In this document: piece by piece, positions 1 to 11,904 of the stretch
How positions within the stretch are numbered: position 1 is the stretch's first letter
Layout: each line of letters opens with the position of its first letter
DNA from: Octopus sinensis
Taxonomy: Eukaryota
DNA length: 64,000 nucleotides
Direction: 5' to 3'
Assembly (NCBI RefSeq): GCF_006345805.1
Contig: NC_043005.1
Coordinates: forward strand, 65,782,001 to 65,846,000
Position numbers and translations under genes: made by a program
Notes under the pieces: generated by a model
What the model saw: the letters and a program-made list of their open reading frames with translations, nothing else
The model's database searches: none
What the model was told of the DNA's origin: nothing

Positions 1-290
1 TTGTGTGATATGGTGGGCTATGAGAAGGCTAGGGGGAGATGAAAGGCTTGTGAAAGCTCTACAGGCCATGTACAGAGATGCTGATAGTAAGGTGAGAGTT
101 ATGAGTTAATCATGCGTATAATGAGGTGTGGAAGCTAAACCTGGAATCTAAGGGCCTTAAGGTTAACTTAGCAAAGACTAAGGTTCTAGTAAATAAGACA
201 GAACAGACAGAATCCTACCCACTTCAGGCAGGTGGCCCTGCTTGATTTGTAGGAAAGGTGTAGGCAGGAATTCTATATGGTGTACCCAGT
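1..290 (+). mobile_element. RTE LINE RT fragment
   Basis: WAMRRLG.DE.LVKALQAMYRDA.SKVRV and LKVNLAKTKVL-like coding remnants, similar to 32900..33000. Confidence 0.75.
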
Positions 291-404
291 ACTAGCTATG
301 GACACACATATGGTGCTTGAAGATTCTCACAATGGTTGAAGATACTTTTTGAGGTAACTTCCAGAATGAAATGATTGCGAAACAAACTAAACTAACATAT
401 TTAC

Positions 405-544
405 CTTCTTGCTTAGGTGGCTGAATGGTTGACATTATCACTTCAATTTGATTAATTGTAGAGGACCCTGGGAACAGTGGCTTTCCAGTTAACATTTCTC
501 CTAAAATACAACCAAGGCTCCACATGTCAACACCTTTTGTATAC
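405..544 (-). CDS. MAPK15: MAPK15 coding exon 6, (K)[46 protein letters not shown]; gene continues beyond the left edge
   Basis: 140 nt inside ORF 292..588, TTTTAG acceptor and GTAAAT donor; [12 protein letters not shown] subdomain IX; phases consistent with exon 5. Confidence 0.95.
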
Positions 545-1880
545 CTAAAAGTAAAATAGCCAATAATAAAAGCATTATACTCATGCAAAAAATATAAATA
601 AAAGCCTTATAAAAGGATAAGATAAATCATTAAAAAACATATAATAAAAACTTTAACATATCAAATCACACTGTTTGACTTTGTTGGGTAATTAGTAACA
701 CTTGTTTCAGGAAGGATATTGAGGAGAGCTGAGTTCAAAACTTACATTAGTTTTAGACTAAAAACAAAAGCGAATGTAAAGACTCCCTTCAGTCAGGAAT
801 GACCATGAAATTGCACCTAGAAAGTTTCCCTCTGAGGCACAAGTCTTGGCAAGGTTGTTTATAGAAGACCAGCAGTCACCCATGCATACCAACCTCCCCG
901 CATCCATTCCACTAATGTTATCCAAGGTAAAGGCAAAGGCCGATACAGCTTGGCATCAGTGACATCACAACTCATTTCTACAGCTGAGTGAACTGGAGCA
1001 ACGTGAAATAAAGTGCTTTGCTTAAGAACACAACATACAGCCCAGTCCAATTATCAAACTCACTGCCTCATGATTATGAGCTCAACGCTCTAACATTATC
1101 GCATGAGATAATAAAAAATTGTACAAGCATTAATGACTCTATCTTACATAGCACAGTTTAAATAACCATTGCATTATATCCAAAAGTTCACAATTTTAGT
1201 TTCCTTGTTTTTTGCTTTTTCAGTTTTGCATCTTCTATAACAAAAAAATGTAAACTTTTATAAGCATATTATATTTTTTATTTAATTTTTTTTTAATATT
1301 GTTCCTGAAAATAAAATGAAATACATCTTTTTTTAAATTTGTTTGGCAAAAATTTTGATTCGAAACTGTGTTGCAAAGCAATATTGTCATATTTTGGAAG
1401 AGCCATTAAGACCTAGAAACAAACTCAATGGTTATTTTTCATTGTACTTTCTTTTCTTTTCTCAGAAAATTTTTGTCACTACTTTGCTCTTTTTAAATGG
1501 TTTACATTTTTAAATGATTTACATTTGACAATTCATTTTCCCTCTGTGTTATGTTACATCTTATGGCAAGTATAAGAACTGAAGATGAGGTATAGATTTT
1601 GGTTTTTATTCATTTTCCTTTTATATTTTCATCCCTTTGTTGTTGGCAAGATAAAAATGTGTTTGTATGTGTATGTGTGGTGGTTGACTATAGTCTTATT
1701 GTATCCCAATTTTTGCATTGCAGTGGTCACAGCCTGCAAAATTTTGGCACAATGCAAGCAAATTTTGGGAGAATGAGTAAATCAATTACATCAACCCCAG
1801 TACTCAACTGGTACTTATTTTATCAACCCTGTAAGGATAAAAAGCAAAGTCAACCTCAGTAGCATTTTAACTCAGAATGT

Positions 1881-2134
1881 AGGCACATAAAAAGCACCAT
1901 CCGATTGTGGCCGTTTGCCAGCCTCGTCTGGCACCTGTGCCGGTGGCATGTAAAAAGCACCCACTACACTCACAGAGTGGTTGGCATTAGGAAGGGCATC
2001 CAGCTGTAGAAACACTGCCAGATCAGACTGGAGCCTGGTGCAGCCTTCTGGCTTCCCAGACCCCAGTTGAACCGACCAACCTATGCTAGCATGAAAAGTG
2101 GACATTAAACGGCGATGATGATGATGATGATGAT
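1881..2134 (+). mobile_element. Family E: RTE 3'-UTR-derived repeat with (GAT)n tail
   Basis: aagcacccactacactc..ggaagggcatccagctgtagaa..catgctagcatg..ttaaacgatgatgat. Further copies at about 7450..7758, 12990..13334, 21670..21955, 41751..42038, 42826..43047 and 43500..43685 (+), and 42700..42792, 43808..44127, 45478..45660, 46421..46720 and 50743..51030 (-). Confidence 0.9.
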
Positions 2135-2769
2135 GAATGGTTGCTAAGCATTTTTCTTGACATGCTAACAATTCTGCCAGCTCACCACCTATTCATTCTT
2201 TTTATTGAGTGTGTGTAATGGGGTCAGTATTTACTTCTTGTATTCCTACAGCCTCTGTAACCTGTTTTAATGTCAGGTATTTTTGAATTTTTCATCATTT
2301 TTTTTATTGATCTACTGTTTCTATACAACAGATTGATAGAGTATGAATGCTTGCTTTTTTTTTTTTTTTATTGTATTCTCACTTCCTGTGTAAGTTGTGA
2401 TGATATCCAATGGATTGTGACCTGAATGGAGACAGCCTGCAACATCAACATTGTTGACCTGAATGGAGACAGCCTGCAACTGTAAAAAAAGTGATGAAGA
2501 GTGATGACCAATGAGCCACAAGCTGGGGATGGATAGAGGAATAGAGGAATGCAAGAGAGGGCGAGTGGTAGGACAGTAATAATACAGTTGATAGGGGAGG
2601 ACAAGAGAGATGACAAGGAAAGGTAGGCTACAGGAGCAGACGAAGAGATAGATATAGGGCATGGTGAAGTAGTTTGGTTAATCGGGAGGGAGCAGTGAAT
2701 CTATGCATATATATATATATATAAATTTAGGGAATGGAGCAGGTAAAATCCAGGCTATATATATAAAAT

Positions 2770-3022
2770 CCAAGCATAGATTGGCATATTTTGGTCATAT
2801 TATGCGGAGAAAATCCCTGGAGAAGGACATCATGCTCGGAATGGTCAGTGGCAAGAGAGGAAGAGGCCGACCAAGAACCCGCTGGCTTGACACCATCAAG
2901 AGTGACACCGGAATGGACATAGCCAATCTGAAAGAAGCGACCCAGGATAGAACTGACTGGAGGACACTGATCCATCGAGTAACCGAGAGTCGACTTCGAC
3001 TGAGCAGATAGATAGATAGATA
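2770..3022 (+). mobile_element. RTE-BovB-like LINE 3' end with (GATA)n tail
   Basis: ORF 2703..3011: LAYFGHIMRRKSLEKDIMLGMVSGKRGRGRPRTRWLD..DRTDWR..VTESRLRLSR*, followed by GATA repeats. Confidence 0.88.
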
Positions 3023-3082
3023 TATGTTTCCTAGCAAGCAGAACTTCAGAACCACTAAGCCAATAGAAAAATAATTACTTAC

Positions 3083-3249
3083 TTATGAGATCCAAGGAGA
3101 ATTTCTGGTGCACGATACCATCGAGTTGCAACATATTCTGTTAAATTTGGGTCACCTGTCTCATCTTTCCCAATTTGAGATATAGATCTTGCTAAGCCAA
3201 AATCACATAGCTTTACCAGGCAATCACTATTTAATAGAATATTCGATGG
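3083..3249 (-). CDS. MAPK15: MAPK15 coding exon 5, [55 protein letters not shown]
   Basis: 167 nt, TTTCAG acceptor and GTAAGT donor; contains DFG, the TEY activation motif and APE. Confidence 0.96.
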
Positions 3250-3698
3250 CTGAAATAGAAGTTTATTGAAATTTATTATTGAGTATTAAAGATGACAAAC
3301 AAATATTGAATTAGTAATTAATATTCAACTTAATGTTGGTAATGTTTATAAATAGTTGTAGAGGAAATTATGATAAAAATAGAATAGAATCTGTGTTAAT
3401 CAATATGAATAATTTGTTTATAACTTGGGAATTTTATTCATGCACTTCTTTGCTGAAAATTGTTTTAAAAGCTGTAACTTTGCTATCATGATGATATATC
3501 AGTTTAGTTCTACCTATATTTTTCCTGAAATTTTGTGCTTTGTTACAATATAACAGAATGGAAACTTCAGGGAATTTAAACAGCTGCGTTTTTTTTTATA
3601 TTATTATTATTATTATTATTCAAACTGATTTCACGTAACTATTTGTAAAATAGGCTTGATATGCCTTTATTTTTAATCAATTTATTTTTGTGCTAGGT

Positions 3699-3701
<3 letters not shown>

Positions 3702-3771
<70 letters not shown>
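3702..3771. repeat. (CT)n microsatellite
   Basis: Read directly from the sequence. Confidence 0.98.
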
Positions 3772-3774
<3 letters not shown>

Positions 3775-4656
3775 AAGGATAAAAACAATTAGCAATGGAT
3801 TAAACCAGAAAGAAAACACCTATGTGAGAGATGGCATAGAAACTTAATGAAGTTCCACAAAGGTAAATATAGACCCAAATTTATTCCAGATTTAAGCTCG
3901 TAAATAAGACATAAAATTTTTTTTTTCAGTTTTCTCTTTTAGTGAATTTTCAAATTTTAGAGATTCTTTGTTCTAAATAACATGAATTTGGGAATTTTAG
4001 AGATTCTTTGAACAATAATGCATGTGCTTGAGAATTCTTCTTTTTTTTTCTCTTTCTACAGGAAAATTTACACTGAAATTTATGAAGAAATAAATAAGCA
4101 GATGAAAATAAATAAGTACATGAAAATAGCTAAGAAGCAGTTAAAATTTCTATTTCATTGTTAGCAGTGTGAACAGAAATATTTTGAAGCATTCGGTGTG
4201 TGTGTGTGTGGTTGGGGTGGGGAGAGATTAGTGGACAAGTGATGAATGTAGAAAATAGGGAATCTCTTTTTGAAGAAAAGAAAAGGTAGTTTAATTTTAG
4301 CAGATGAGATTAATTCTGAACAAAAACAGTCTGTAAGGTGTATGAAGTTTCATGGTAGTGAAACAAAATTTAATATGTGAAAATGTGCTGTTTGTTGACA
4401 AAGAAAGACCAAATCGAATAAGACATGGAACAAAGTGATGAGGTTAGGTGTTAGGACAGCTGGACTGACAGCTGAGACAACCAAGGTTAAGAGGACTTGA
4501 GAAAAGCTGTCAAATCCATGTCATTGTGGAAAAATAGATGTCAACAGTAACAATGATTGAATAAATAATTCTAAAAATTAGGTGAATTTTTACAAACGTA
4601 TGTGAGATAAATAATGAAGATAACATACATGTCTGGAAAGATTTTAAAGAAAATAC

Positions 4657-4787
4657 CTTCTGATCCCTATGAATAACATTGCCAGAATGTAAGTATTTGG
4701 TTGCTTTAAATAACTGATACATAATATAGCGTTTGTGAACATCTTTCAGAATATTTCCACGTTTAATTACATTATGAAGATCTGTGT
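4657..4787 (-). CDS. MAPK15: MAPK15 coding exon 4, (D)TDLHNVIKRGNILKDVHKRYIMYQLFKATKYLHSGNVIHRDQK
   Basis: 131 nt, poly-T TAG acceptor and GTATTT donor; overlaps ORF 4510..4722; the HRDQK catalytic loop is typical of MAPK15, not HRDLK. Confidence 0.95.
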
Positions 4788-6059
4788 CTAAAATAAAAAA
4801 GAAAAAGAAAAGATCAGCAGTGAAAATAATTGAAAATTTTAGCCATACTCACAATATTTTCAGAAGCTAAATAAAGTAGACTGTGAATGAAGAGTAGAGG
4901 TGAAGTATGGAAAAGTAAATTAGGAAGGAATTTCAAGAAGTTTCATGTTGAAAAAGGATGGTTGAGCAAAATGTATAGGACACAGTCTTCAAGATATTTA
5001 ATAACAGCGATCGCTCAAAGTTGCATAGAATAAAGTCAATAAAACCAGAGGGTTTCGTAGAAATTGAAAAGACAAAGCATACAGTTTTCTCTTGTAATTT
5101 TCCCTTGGATGTAGTCTAGAATAAGTGGATGGGTATGAGGTAGTACAACATCCCAAGTTACAAGTATAGTATACAACGCATTTGTAAATATTTGGTAGCA
5201 GCTGAGGGGGAAAAATATGTTCTGATGCTGAAGAAAAAATGTATCCTTTGTGATGAACTATTGGCTATACGAAGAATGTAGACTCACAAAAAGAATTTTT
5301 TGGAGAAAGATAGGTCTAGAAATCAATGATATTGGATTTCATTTTGAGATGTTTGTCTGTGAGATATTTGTCTGAACTGGCAGAGTCTTTAGAATGGCAG
5401 ATGAAATGTCTTGTGATAGTCATTCCAGTTCTTTCATGTTCTGAGTTAAAATTCTGTTGAGGTCATCTTTGCCTCTCATCCTTCCAGGCTGAATAAATAA
5501 AGAACCAGTCCATGATAGACTGGTGGAATGGTATCAAACAAGATGTTTTGCTGCATCTGCATTCTGAGTTCAAATCCCACCAAGGTCATCTGGTTTGCAA
5601 CCACTACATGGTTGTTAGATGCATCTAGTGAAGCCCACTCTGATGCAAGCATTCAGATCAGGTTTCTGATTTGAGAATACTTTCCTTTCTCTATCCCTTC
5701 TGTCAATCTCAGGGGCCTTAAAAAGGGTAATGGACACTGCTCTTCCTCTTGACTAAACAAAAAGAAATTGTGATGTTGAAGAAGACAAAATTCTCAACAC
5801 ACTAGAATGTGTTTTGTAAGAAGTTTACACAGGATATGAAAGCCAAAATGCTGAAATAGCAAATGGATAAAAGACATTTGAAAAGTGACAGAAAGGTGTA
5901 GTAGTTTTTGGCATTGAGTATGAGAGATCTGAAGTAACCAACTAGGCTGCCAATAAAGAAAACTGTTTTAACTGAGTTCTGATATACTTTAAGGTCAAAC
6001 AGAATTCTATTTAATACATGTCAAATGGCTTTGTATGGATTTGTTTGTTTGCTTGTTTT

Positions 6060-6729
6060 TGAGGGGAGGGTATTTTTTGTTTTGTTTTTTGAAAATTATT
6101 TACTCTGAGAATAACAGGCAGTGTTCAGAGCCTCTGTAAATTTCTCCACTAGCCGGAGAGATGTTCCACTAACATGCAGAATACACTGGAAAGGCTTTCT
6201 TGAGAGGACCAATGTTTCAGTATTTGCAACACTAATTCTCACCCCTACCTTAAAGCACTTTGGCAGTGAATCCATTCAGTGCATTCTGGAGATCATCTTC
6301 TGATGAGCCAAGTAGCATCATATCATGTGCAAATATCAACTGATGGATCTTACACCCACTGATTGTGATACCTCTGCCACAACAGCTGTGCATTTTATTC
6401 CATTTATGAAGAGGAAAGGTGACAAGACACACCTCTGTCAAAGTCCAACACCCATATAGAAAGGTTTTGACTTAGCACCATTTACCTGAACACAAACATC
6501 TGAGTATCTGTATTGGGATTTCATGGCAACCACAAGTTGCCCATTACTCTTGTCCATTACTCCTGTAGGTGCAGGAGTGGGTGTGTGGTAAGTAGCTTGC
6601 TTACCAACCACATGGTTCCGGGTTCATTCCCACTGCATGGCACCTAGGGTAAGTGTCTTCTACTATAGCGTTGGGCCGACCAAAGCCTTGTGAGTGGATT
6701 TGGTAGATGGAAACTGAAAGAAGCCTGTC

Positions 6730-6813
<84 letters not shown>

Positions 6814-7420
6814 ATGTGTTTGTGTTTGTCCTCCCAACATCGCTTGACAACCGATGCTGGTGTGTTTACGTCCCTGTAACTTAGCGGTTCGGCAAAAGAG
6901 ACCGATAGAATAAGTACGAGGCTTACAAAAAATAAGTCCTGGGGTCGATTTGCTCAACTAAAGGCAGTGCTTCAGCATGGCCACAGCCAAATGACTGAAA
7001 CAAGTAAAAGAGTATTAATCTCAAACTCCTGCTAACCATCCACAGCATGTCCTGTAGCACATGGCCATATGCCTTTCCAAGACCTACAAAGCAAGTATAC
7101 ACCTTGACATTAGTCCTGCAATTTCTCAAAGATCTACTGTAAAGTGAATATCTGACTGATTGTGTTGCTTCCAGGACAGAAGTCATACTGTTCTTCAGCA
7201 AGCTTGGGCTCAATATTTTCCCTATATCTCTTTTCCAAACACCAAGCATAGTAGACATAACTGGGGAGACTCAACAAAGAGCTTCCTTTATAATCAGAAT
7301 ACTTTCTCTTGTTGCTTTTCTTAAAAATTGGGATTATCATCCCAGACTGCCATTTTTTTTTCGTGTCTTTCCAAAGGCCCAAGTCAGCTAGAGAATACTT
7401 TCTCTATTTAAGGCTTTAAC
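6060..7420 (-). mobile_element. RTE-like LINE RT fragment split by a SINE at 6568..7011
   Basis: IIPIFKK..YKGSSLLSLP and LFAHDMMLL (decayed LFADD) in ORFs 7134..7382 and 6250..6441. Confidence 0.7.
6568..7011 (+). mobile_element. Family A tRNA-derived SINE with CORE-like block and central (TA)n/(TG)n
   Basis: Head GGAGTGG..GGTTC..CCC, then CCT(T)GGGCAAGTGTC, tail GTAAAAGAG. Other plus-strand copies at about 16308..16690, 59709..60115 and, partial, 16070..16220 and 61665..61775. Confidence 0.9.
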
Positions 7421-7966
7421 ATCCCAGGCTGAATTTCACACCCACCCCCCACCTCGAGCGTGGTTGTTGCCAGTACCGCTGGACTGGTTCCTGTGCAGGT
7501 GGCACATAAAAAGCACCATTTGAGCATGGCCATTGCCAATACTGGCTGACTGGCCCTCATGCCAGTGGCACGTAAAAACACCCACTACACTCTCGGAGTG
7601 GTTCACGTTAGGAAGGGTATCCAGCTGTAGAGACTCTGCCAGATCAAGATTGGAGCCTGGTGCAGCCATCTGGTTTGCCAGACCTCAGTCAAATCGTCCA
7701 ACCCATGCTAGCATGGAAAGCGGATGTTAAACGATGATGATGACGATAATGATGATGAATAACTGTTGTCCTTTAAATTCATTCTTTTTAGTCTTATACA
7801 CCTTGAATTACTTTCTTTTCATTCACTGACAAAGTAAATTCATAGCATAATTCATTTATTGCTGAAATAAAACTTTCAGTCTGTTTCCAATATACAAGAA
7901 ACCTCTGGTTCAAAATATACAAATATTTATTCAAATAACACCATGAATATATATTTTCCATATTAA

Positions 7967-8187
7967 CCCTTTCGTTACCAACCCGACCAAAACTGGCTCT
8001 GGCTCTGTAGTACAAATGTCTTATTTTCATAAGTTTTTCATTAAAATATACCACCAAACCTTAGTTGCAATTTATGTTCCTAACACTAGCTTAATGATAA
8101 TTAAATTATTTTACTAAATTCTTTGTTATATTTAAAATAATTGAAAGAAACACAGAGCATCTCAAAATAAATACAGTAACGAAAGGG
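7967..8187 (+). mobile_element. piggyBac-type MITE, 221 bp
   Basis: TTAA-CCCTTTCGTTAC...GTAACGAAAGGG-TTAA. Confidence 0.9.
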
Positions 8188-8222
8188 TTAAGATAATTAT
8201 AGAAATAAAATACAATCCTTAC

Positions 8223-8343
8223 CCATGAATTCAAATACAAGGTAGATGTCGTGATCATTTTCAGCTTTTATCACTTTCTGTAATTTTATGACATTTGGAT
8301 GATCACAGAAATTTTTAAGAAACATAATCTCCCGGAATGTTCT
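8223..8343 (-). CDS. MAPK15: MAPK15 coding exon 3, [40 protein letters not shown]
   Basis: 121 nt, TTTGTAG acceptor and GTAAGG donor; alphaC RTFREI and DIYLVFEFM hinge; phase 0 to 1. Confidence 0.95.
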
Positions 8344-8610
8344 CTACAAAGATACAGATATAAGAAGTAAAGTATTTTGAAAAGCATCAAAAACTCAAAT
8401 TGTTATTTTAACCTCAAAAAAATCAGTAAATTTCTTTTACTCATTTATAGACAAACATAGAAGAGAAATCAGGCATGTGGTTAAGAAGTATGCTTTGCAA
8501 TAACACAGTACTGTGTTCAATCTTACTGTATGACAGTCTAAGCAAGTGTTTTCTGTTGTATCCTTGACCACTACTTAGTAAGTGGAAATTTGGTAGACAT
8601 AAATTTCATA

Positions 8611-8846
8611 GAAGGCGAGCTGGCAGAAAAGTTAGCACGCTGGGCGAAATGCGTAGCCGTATTTCGTCTGCCGTTACGTTCTGAGTTCAAATTCTGCTGA
8701 GGTCGACTTTGCCTTTCATCCTTTCGGGGTCGATTAAATAAGTACCAGTTATGCACTGGGGTCGATGTAATCGACTTAATCCATTTGTCTGTCCTTGTTT
8801 GTCCACTCTATGTTTAGCCCCTTGTAGGCAATAAAGAAATAAGAAA
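8611..8846 (+). mobile_element. Family B tRNA-derived SINE
   Basis: GGCGAGCTGGCAGAA..GAGTTCAAATTC (B box)..GGGGTCGATTAAATAAGTACCAG. Copies at about 14766..15000 (-), 47645..48020 (+, tandem pair), 52962..53178 (+) and 1790..1878 (-, partial). Confidence 0.88.
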
Positions 8847-9094
8847 TTTCACAGAAGTTTGTCATGTACATGTGCATGTTTCTATGTCCACCACTGTTTA
8901 CTGCATCAAGGTGCATTTTTTTAATATCAAAACTGTAACTTGGTAGTTCAATAAATAGACATTGATAAAATAAGTGTATCAGACTGAAACTAAATACTGC
9001 AATTGATATATGAAACTAAAGCCAATGAAAATGGTAACTGAAACCAGCATGGGAGTAAAGGAACACTTGAAACTGACCTTGTTTTGTTTCTTTT

Positions 9095-9490
9095 ATCTTT
9101 TATCTTTTATTTGTTTCAGTCATTTGACTGTGGCCATGCTGGAGCACCGCCTTTAGTCGAACAAATCGACCCCAGTACTTATTCTTTGTAAGCCTAGTAC
9201 TTATTCTATTGGTCTCTTTTGCCAAACTGCTAAGTTACAGGGACGTGAACACATCAACATTGGTTGTGAAGCGATGGTGGAGGGGACAAACACAGACACA
9301 CAAACATACATACACACACACATATATATACGACAGGCTTTCAGTTTCCGTTTACCAAATCCACTCACAAGGCTTTGGTCGGCCCGAGGCTATAGTTGAA
9401 GACACTTGCCCAAGGTGCCACGCAGCGGGATTGAACCCAGAACCATGTGGTTGGAAAGCAAGCTACTTACCACACAGCCACCCCTGCACC
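9095..9490 (-). mobile_element. Family A SINE, minus strand
   Basis: Reverse complement of 6568..7011. Other minus-strand copies at about 17825..18222, 20450..20825, 26495..26975, 47020..47400 and, partial, 15435..15615, 28340..28410, 53890..54045 and 55795..55880. Confidence 0.9.
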
Positions 9491-9765
9491 TATGTTAATA
9501 AATTCATTCCTTTACTACCAAAACTACAAACCACTACATTTCATACATGTTATTTACAACTATCTCTACTATTCAAACATGAAAGGCTTCATTCTCAACA
9601 TGTAAAACGGTTTTTAAGTTATTTACCTTTCCTTTCAAAATTAAAAAGAATTTCATACCTGAATAGTGAATCATTTTTACAAACCTATATCACAGCATGA
9701 TATAATACTCACTTATTTTCTAAACATCTGTGATTAAAACAGATTACATAAACTGACTACCTTAA

Positions 9766-10206
9766 CCCTTTCATTACCAACCCGGATGAAACCGGCTCTG
9801 TAGTACAAATGTCTTTTTTTCATAAGATCTGAATTAAAATCTTTCACCAAACCTTAGTCACAATTTATGTTCCTAACACTAGCTGAACGATAACTAAGTT
9901 ATTTTACTAAATTCTTTGTTATATTTAACCCTTTCATTACCATATTTCTGTTGAAATGCTCTGTATTTCTTTCAATTGATTTTAAATATAACAAAGAATT
10001 TAGTGAAATAACTTAGTTATCATTAAGCTAGTGTTAGGAATACAAATTGTGACTAAGGTTTGTTGAAAGATTTTAATTCAGAACTTTTAAAAACAAGGCA
10101 TTTGTACTACAGAGTCAGAGACAGTTTCAGGCAGGTTGGTATCAAAAGGGTTAAAGTAATTGAAAGAAACACGGGGCATCTCAAAATATATACAGTAATG
10201 AAAGGG
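9766..10206 (+). mobile_element. piggyBac-type MITE with an inverted copy of the same family inserted at 9929..10150
   Basis: Outer TTAA-CCCTTT..AAAGGG-TTAA; inner copy flanked by a duplicated TTAA at 9925 and 10151. Confidence 0.9.
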
Positions 10207-10679
10207 TTAAAGAAAGAACACAACCAAAAACTGCTTCTAACCATTCTGTTCCGTTTATATTGTTAGTACAAAAGCTGTTCCATAAAATTAGATTTCTCTA
10301 GAGCATCATATCACAGCAATTTCTCATCTATTTTTATACCAATACTTTCCATAAGCTAAATATTTTGCCAATCTCAACTCTCTACAACATTTAGTATTTT
10401 CGTTTACCCAGCACACAGACACTTCAAGCACTCTTGGCCTTCTATGTTTGTTAATAACTTGCCAAATGACTGAAGTGTATGAAAAGAATAAAAAAATAAA
10501 AAAATAACTCTAAAAGTACAAGTCTTAAGTACAACACTTATCCAACTATTTACTCTGGTAATATACTAAAAACCACCAGACTTAACACATTCATTATAAG
10601 CAATGATTAATTCCATCTATTAAAGAATGGTTAAGATGATATAAAAGAATCAATTCTAAAATTCTCTTAAAGTTTTTAC

Positions 10680-10778
10680 CTGTGCATCTGTTTCATTTCT
10701 AAAAGCATCAAATATCTTTTTAACAGCAACAACATCCCCTGTTTTTCGGTCAGTAGCTTTCCATACAATGCCATATGC
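10680..10778 (-). CDS. MAPK15: MAPK15 coding exon 2, [33 protein letters not shown]
   Basis: 99 nt, TTTTCAG acceptor and GTAAAA donor; VAVKKI catalytic Lys motif and the IFDAF..TDAQ signature of MAPK15. Confidence 0.95.
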
Positions 10779-11169
10779 CTGAAAATGGGATTAAACTTTA
10801 GAATTATATATTTTCAAAACATTTATTTTCAGGCTCAGGAGCAGTGTAGAATATTAAACAAGAAGAGTGGAAAGAGATAAAAAAAAAATTCACAACATAG
10901 AATAAGAACTCAACTTTTCAATATATTTACCTTTTCCACCTGAGAGAAAAAAACTAACATGACAGTAAAATTCTTTCATCCTCTACTCATATTCCTAGCA
11001 AACACGCATTCACCCAAAATACTCCTGATCACTTTCTCACCTCCACTAAAACACAACTGTCTCATTGCAAGCACCTAAAACACACCTCTTCCAGTTGGAC
11101 CTTATAGCACTTTATGTCAGCTGATTTCTCTGAGCTCTGCCAGTTTTATGCCAGTTATTCCAAGCAGCG

Positions 11170-11490
11170 TGAAGGTGCATGGCTCAGTGGTTAGTGTTGG
11201 GTTCACAATCATGAGGTAGTGAGTTCAATTCCCAGACTGGGCTGTATGTTGTATTTTTGAGCAAGACACTTTATCTTACATTGTTCCAATTCACTCAGCT
11301 GTAGAAATGAATTTCAGCATCACTGGCACCAAGCTGTATTGGATAACATCAGTGGCATGTAAAGAGGAGGTTTGTATGCATGGGCAACTGCTGGTCTTCC
11401 ATAAACAACCTTGCACAGACTTATGCCTCAGAGGGGAACTTTCTAGATGCAATCCTATGGTCATTCATGACCGAAAGGGGTCTTTACCCC
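11170..11490 (+). mobile_element. Family C tRNA-derived SINE (Meta/CORE-like central block)
   Basis: TGGCTCAGTGG..GAGTTCAATTCCC..TTGAGCAAGACACTT..CACTCAGCTG. Copies at about 765..1100 (-), 22890..23110 (+, partial) and 48411..48745 (+). Confidence 0.88.
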
Positions 11491-11904
11491 AAACAGCACA
11501 CTTGTTTCATCTATAACCTATCAGTAACAGCTAGACAAGTGTCTAAAATCTAATGCTTTTAGTCATGTCCTTCCATGTTGATACACAGCAAAAACTCAAT
11601 GTCCTTAGTACCTTCTACCAAAACATTAGGGAAATTCCTCTCCCCTCTTTTTTCATCAAACAAAATAGAGTTTGCATCTACATAATTCTTCTTTACCATA
11701 ATATTCAGCAAATTCTAAGTTTAAAATATCTTAATTTTTAACAAACACTGCAATTTGTCCATTCTTTTTTCTATCCTCACAGCCCTCCACTCTAAGAGAA
11801 ACATTGCATTAGATAGAGAAAGTGGGAAAAAAATCATGAAATGCTATAGAAGCATTTTGCATTCCATGTATATAACACGGAACTAACTAGAGTTTGAATA
11901 AAGA

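Noticed and set aside
2417-2481. Short direct duplication (tgacctgaatggagacagcctgcaac twice)
   Set aside because: A two-copy local slippage event within a probable decayed repeat; no further structure.
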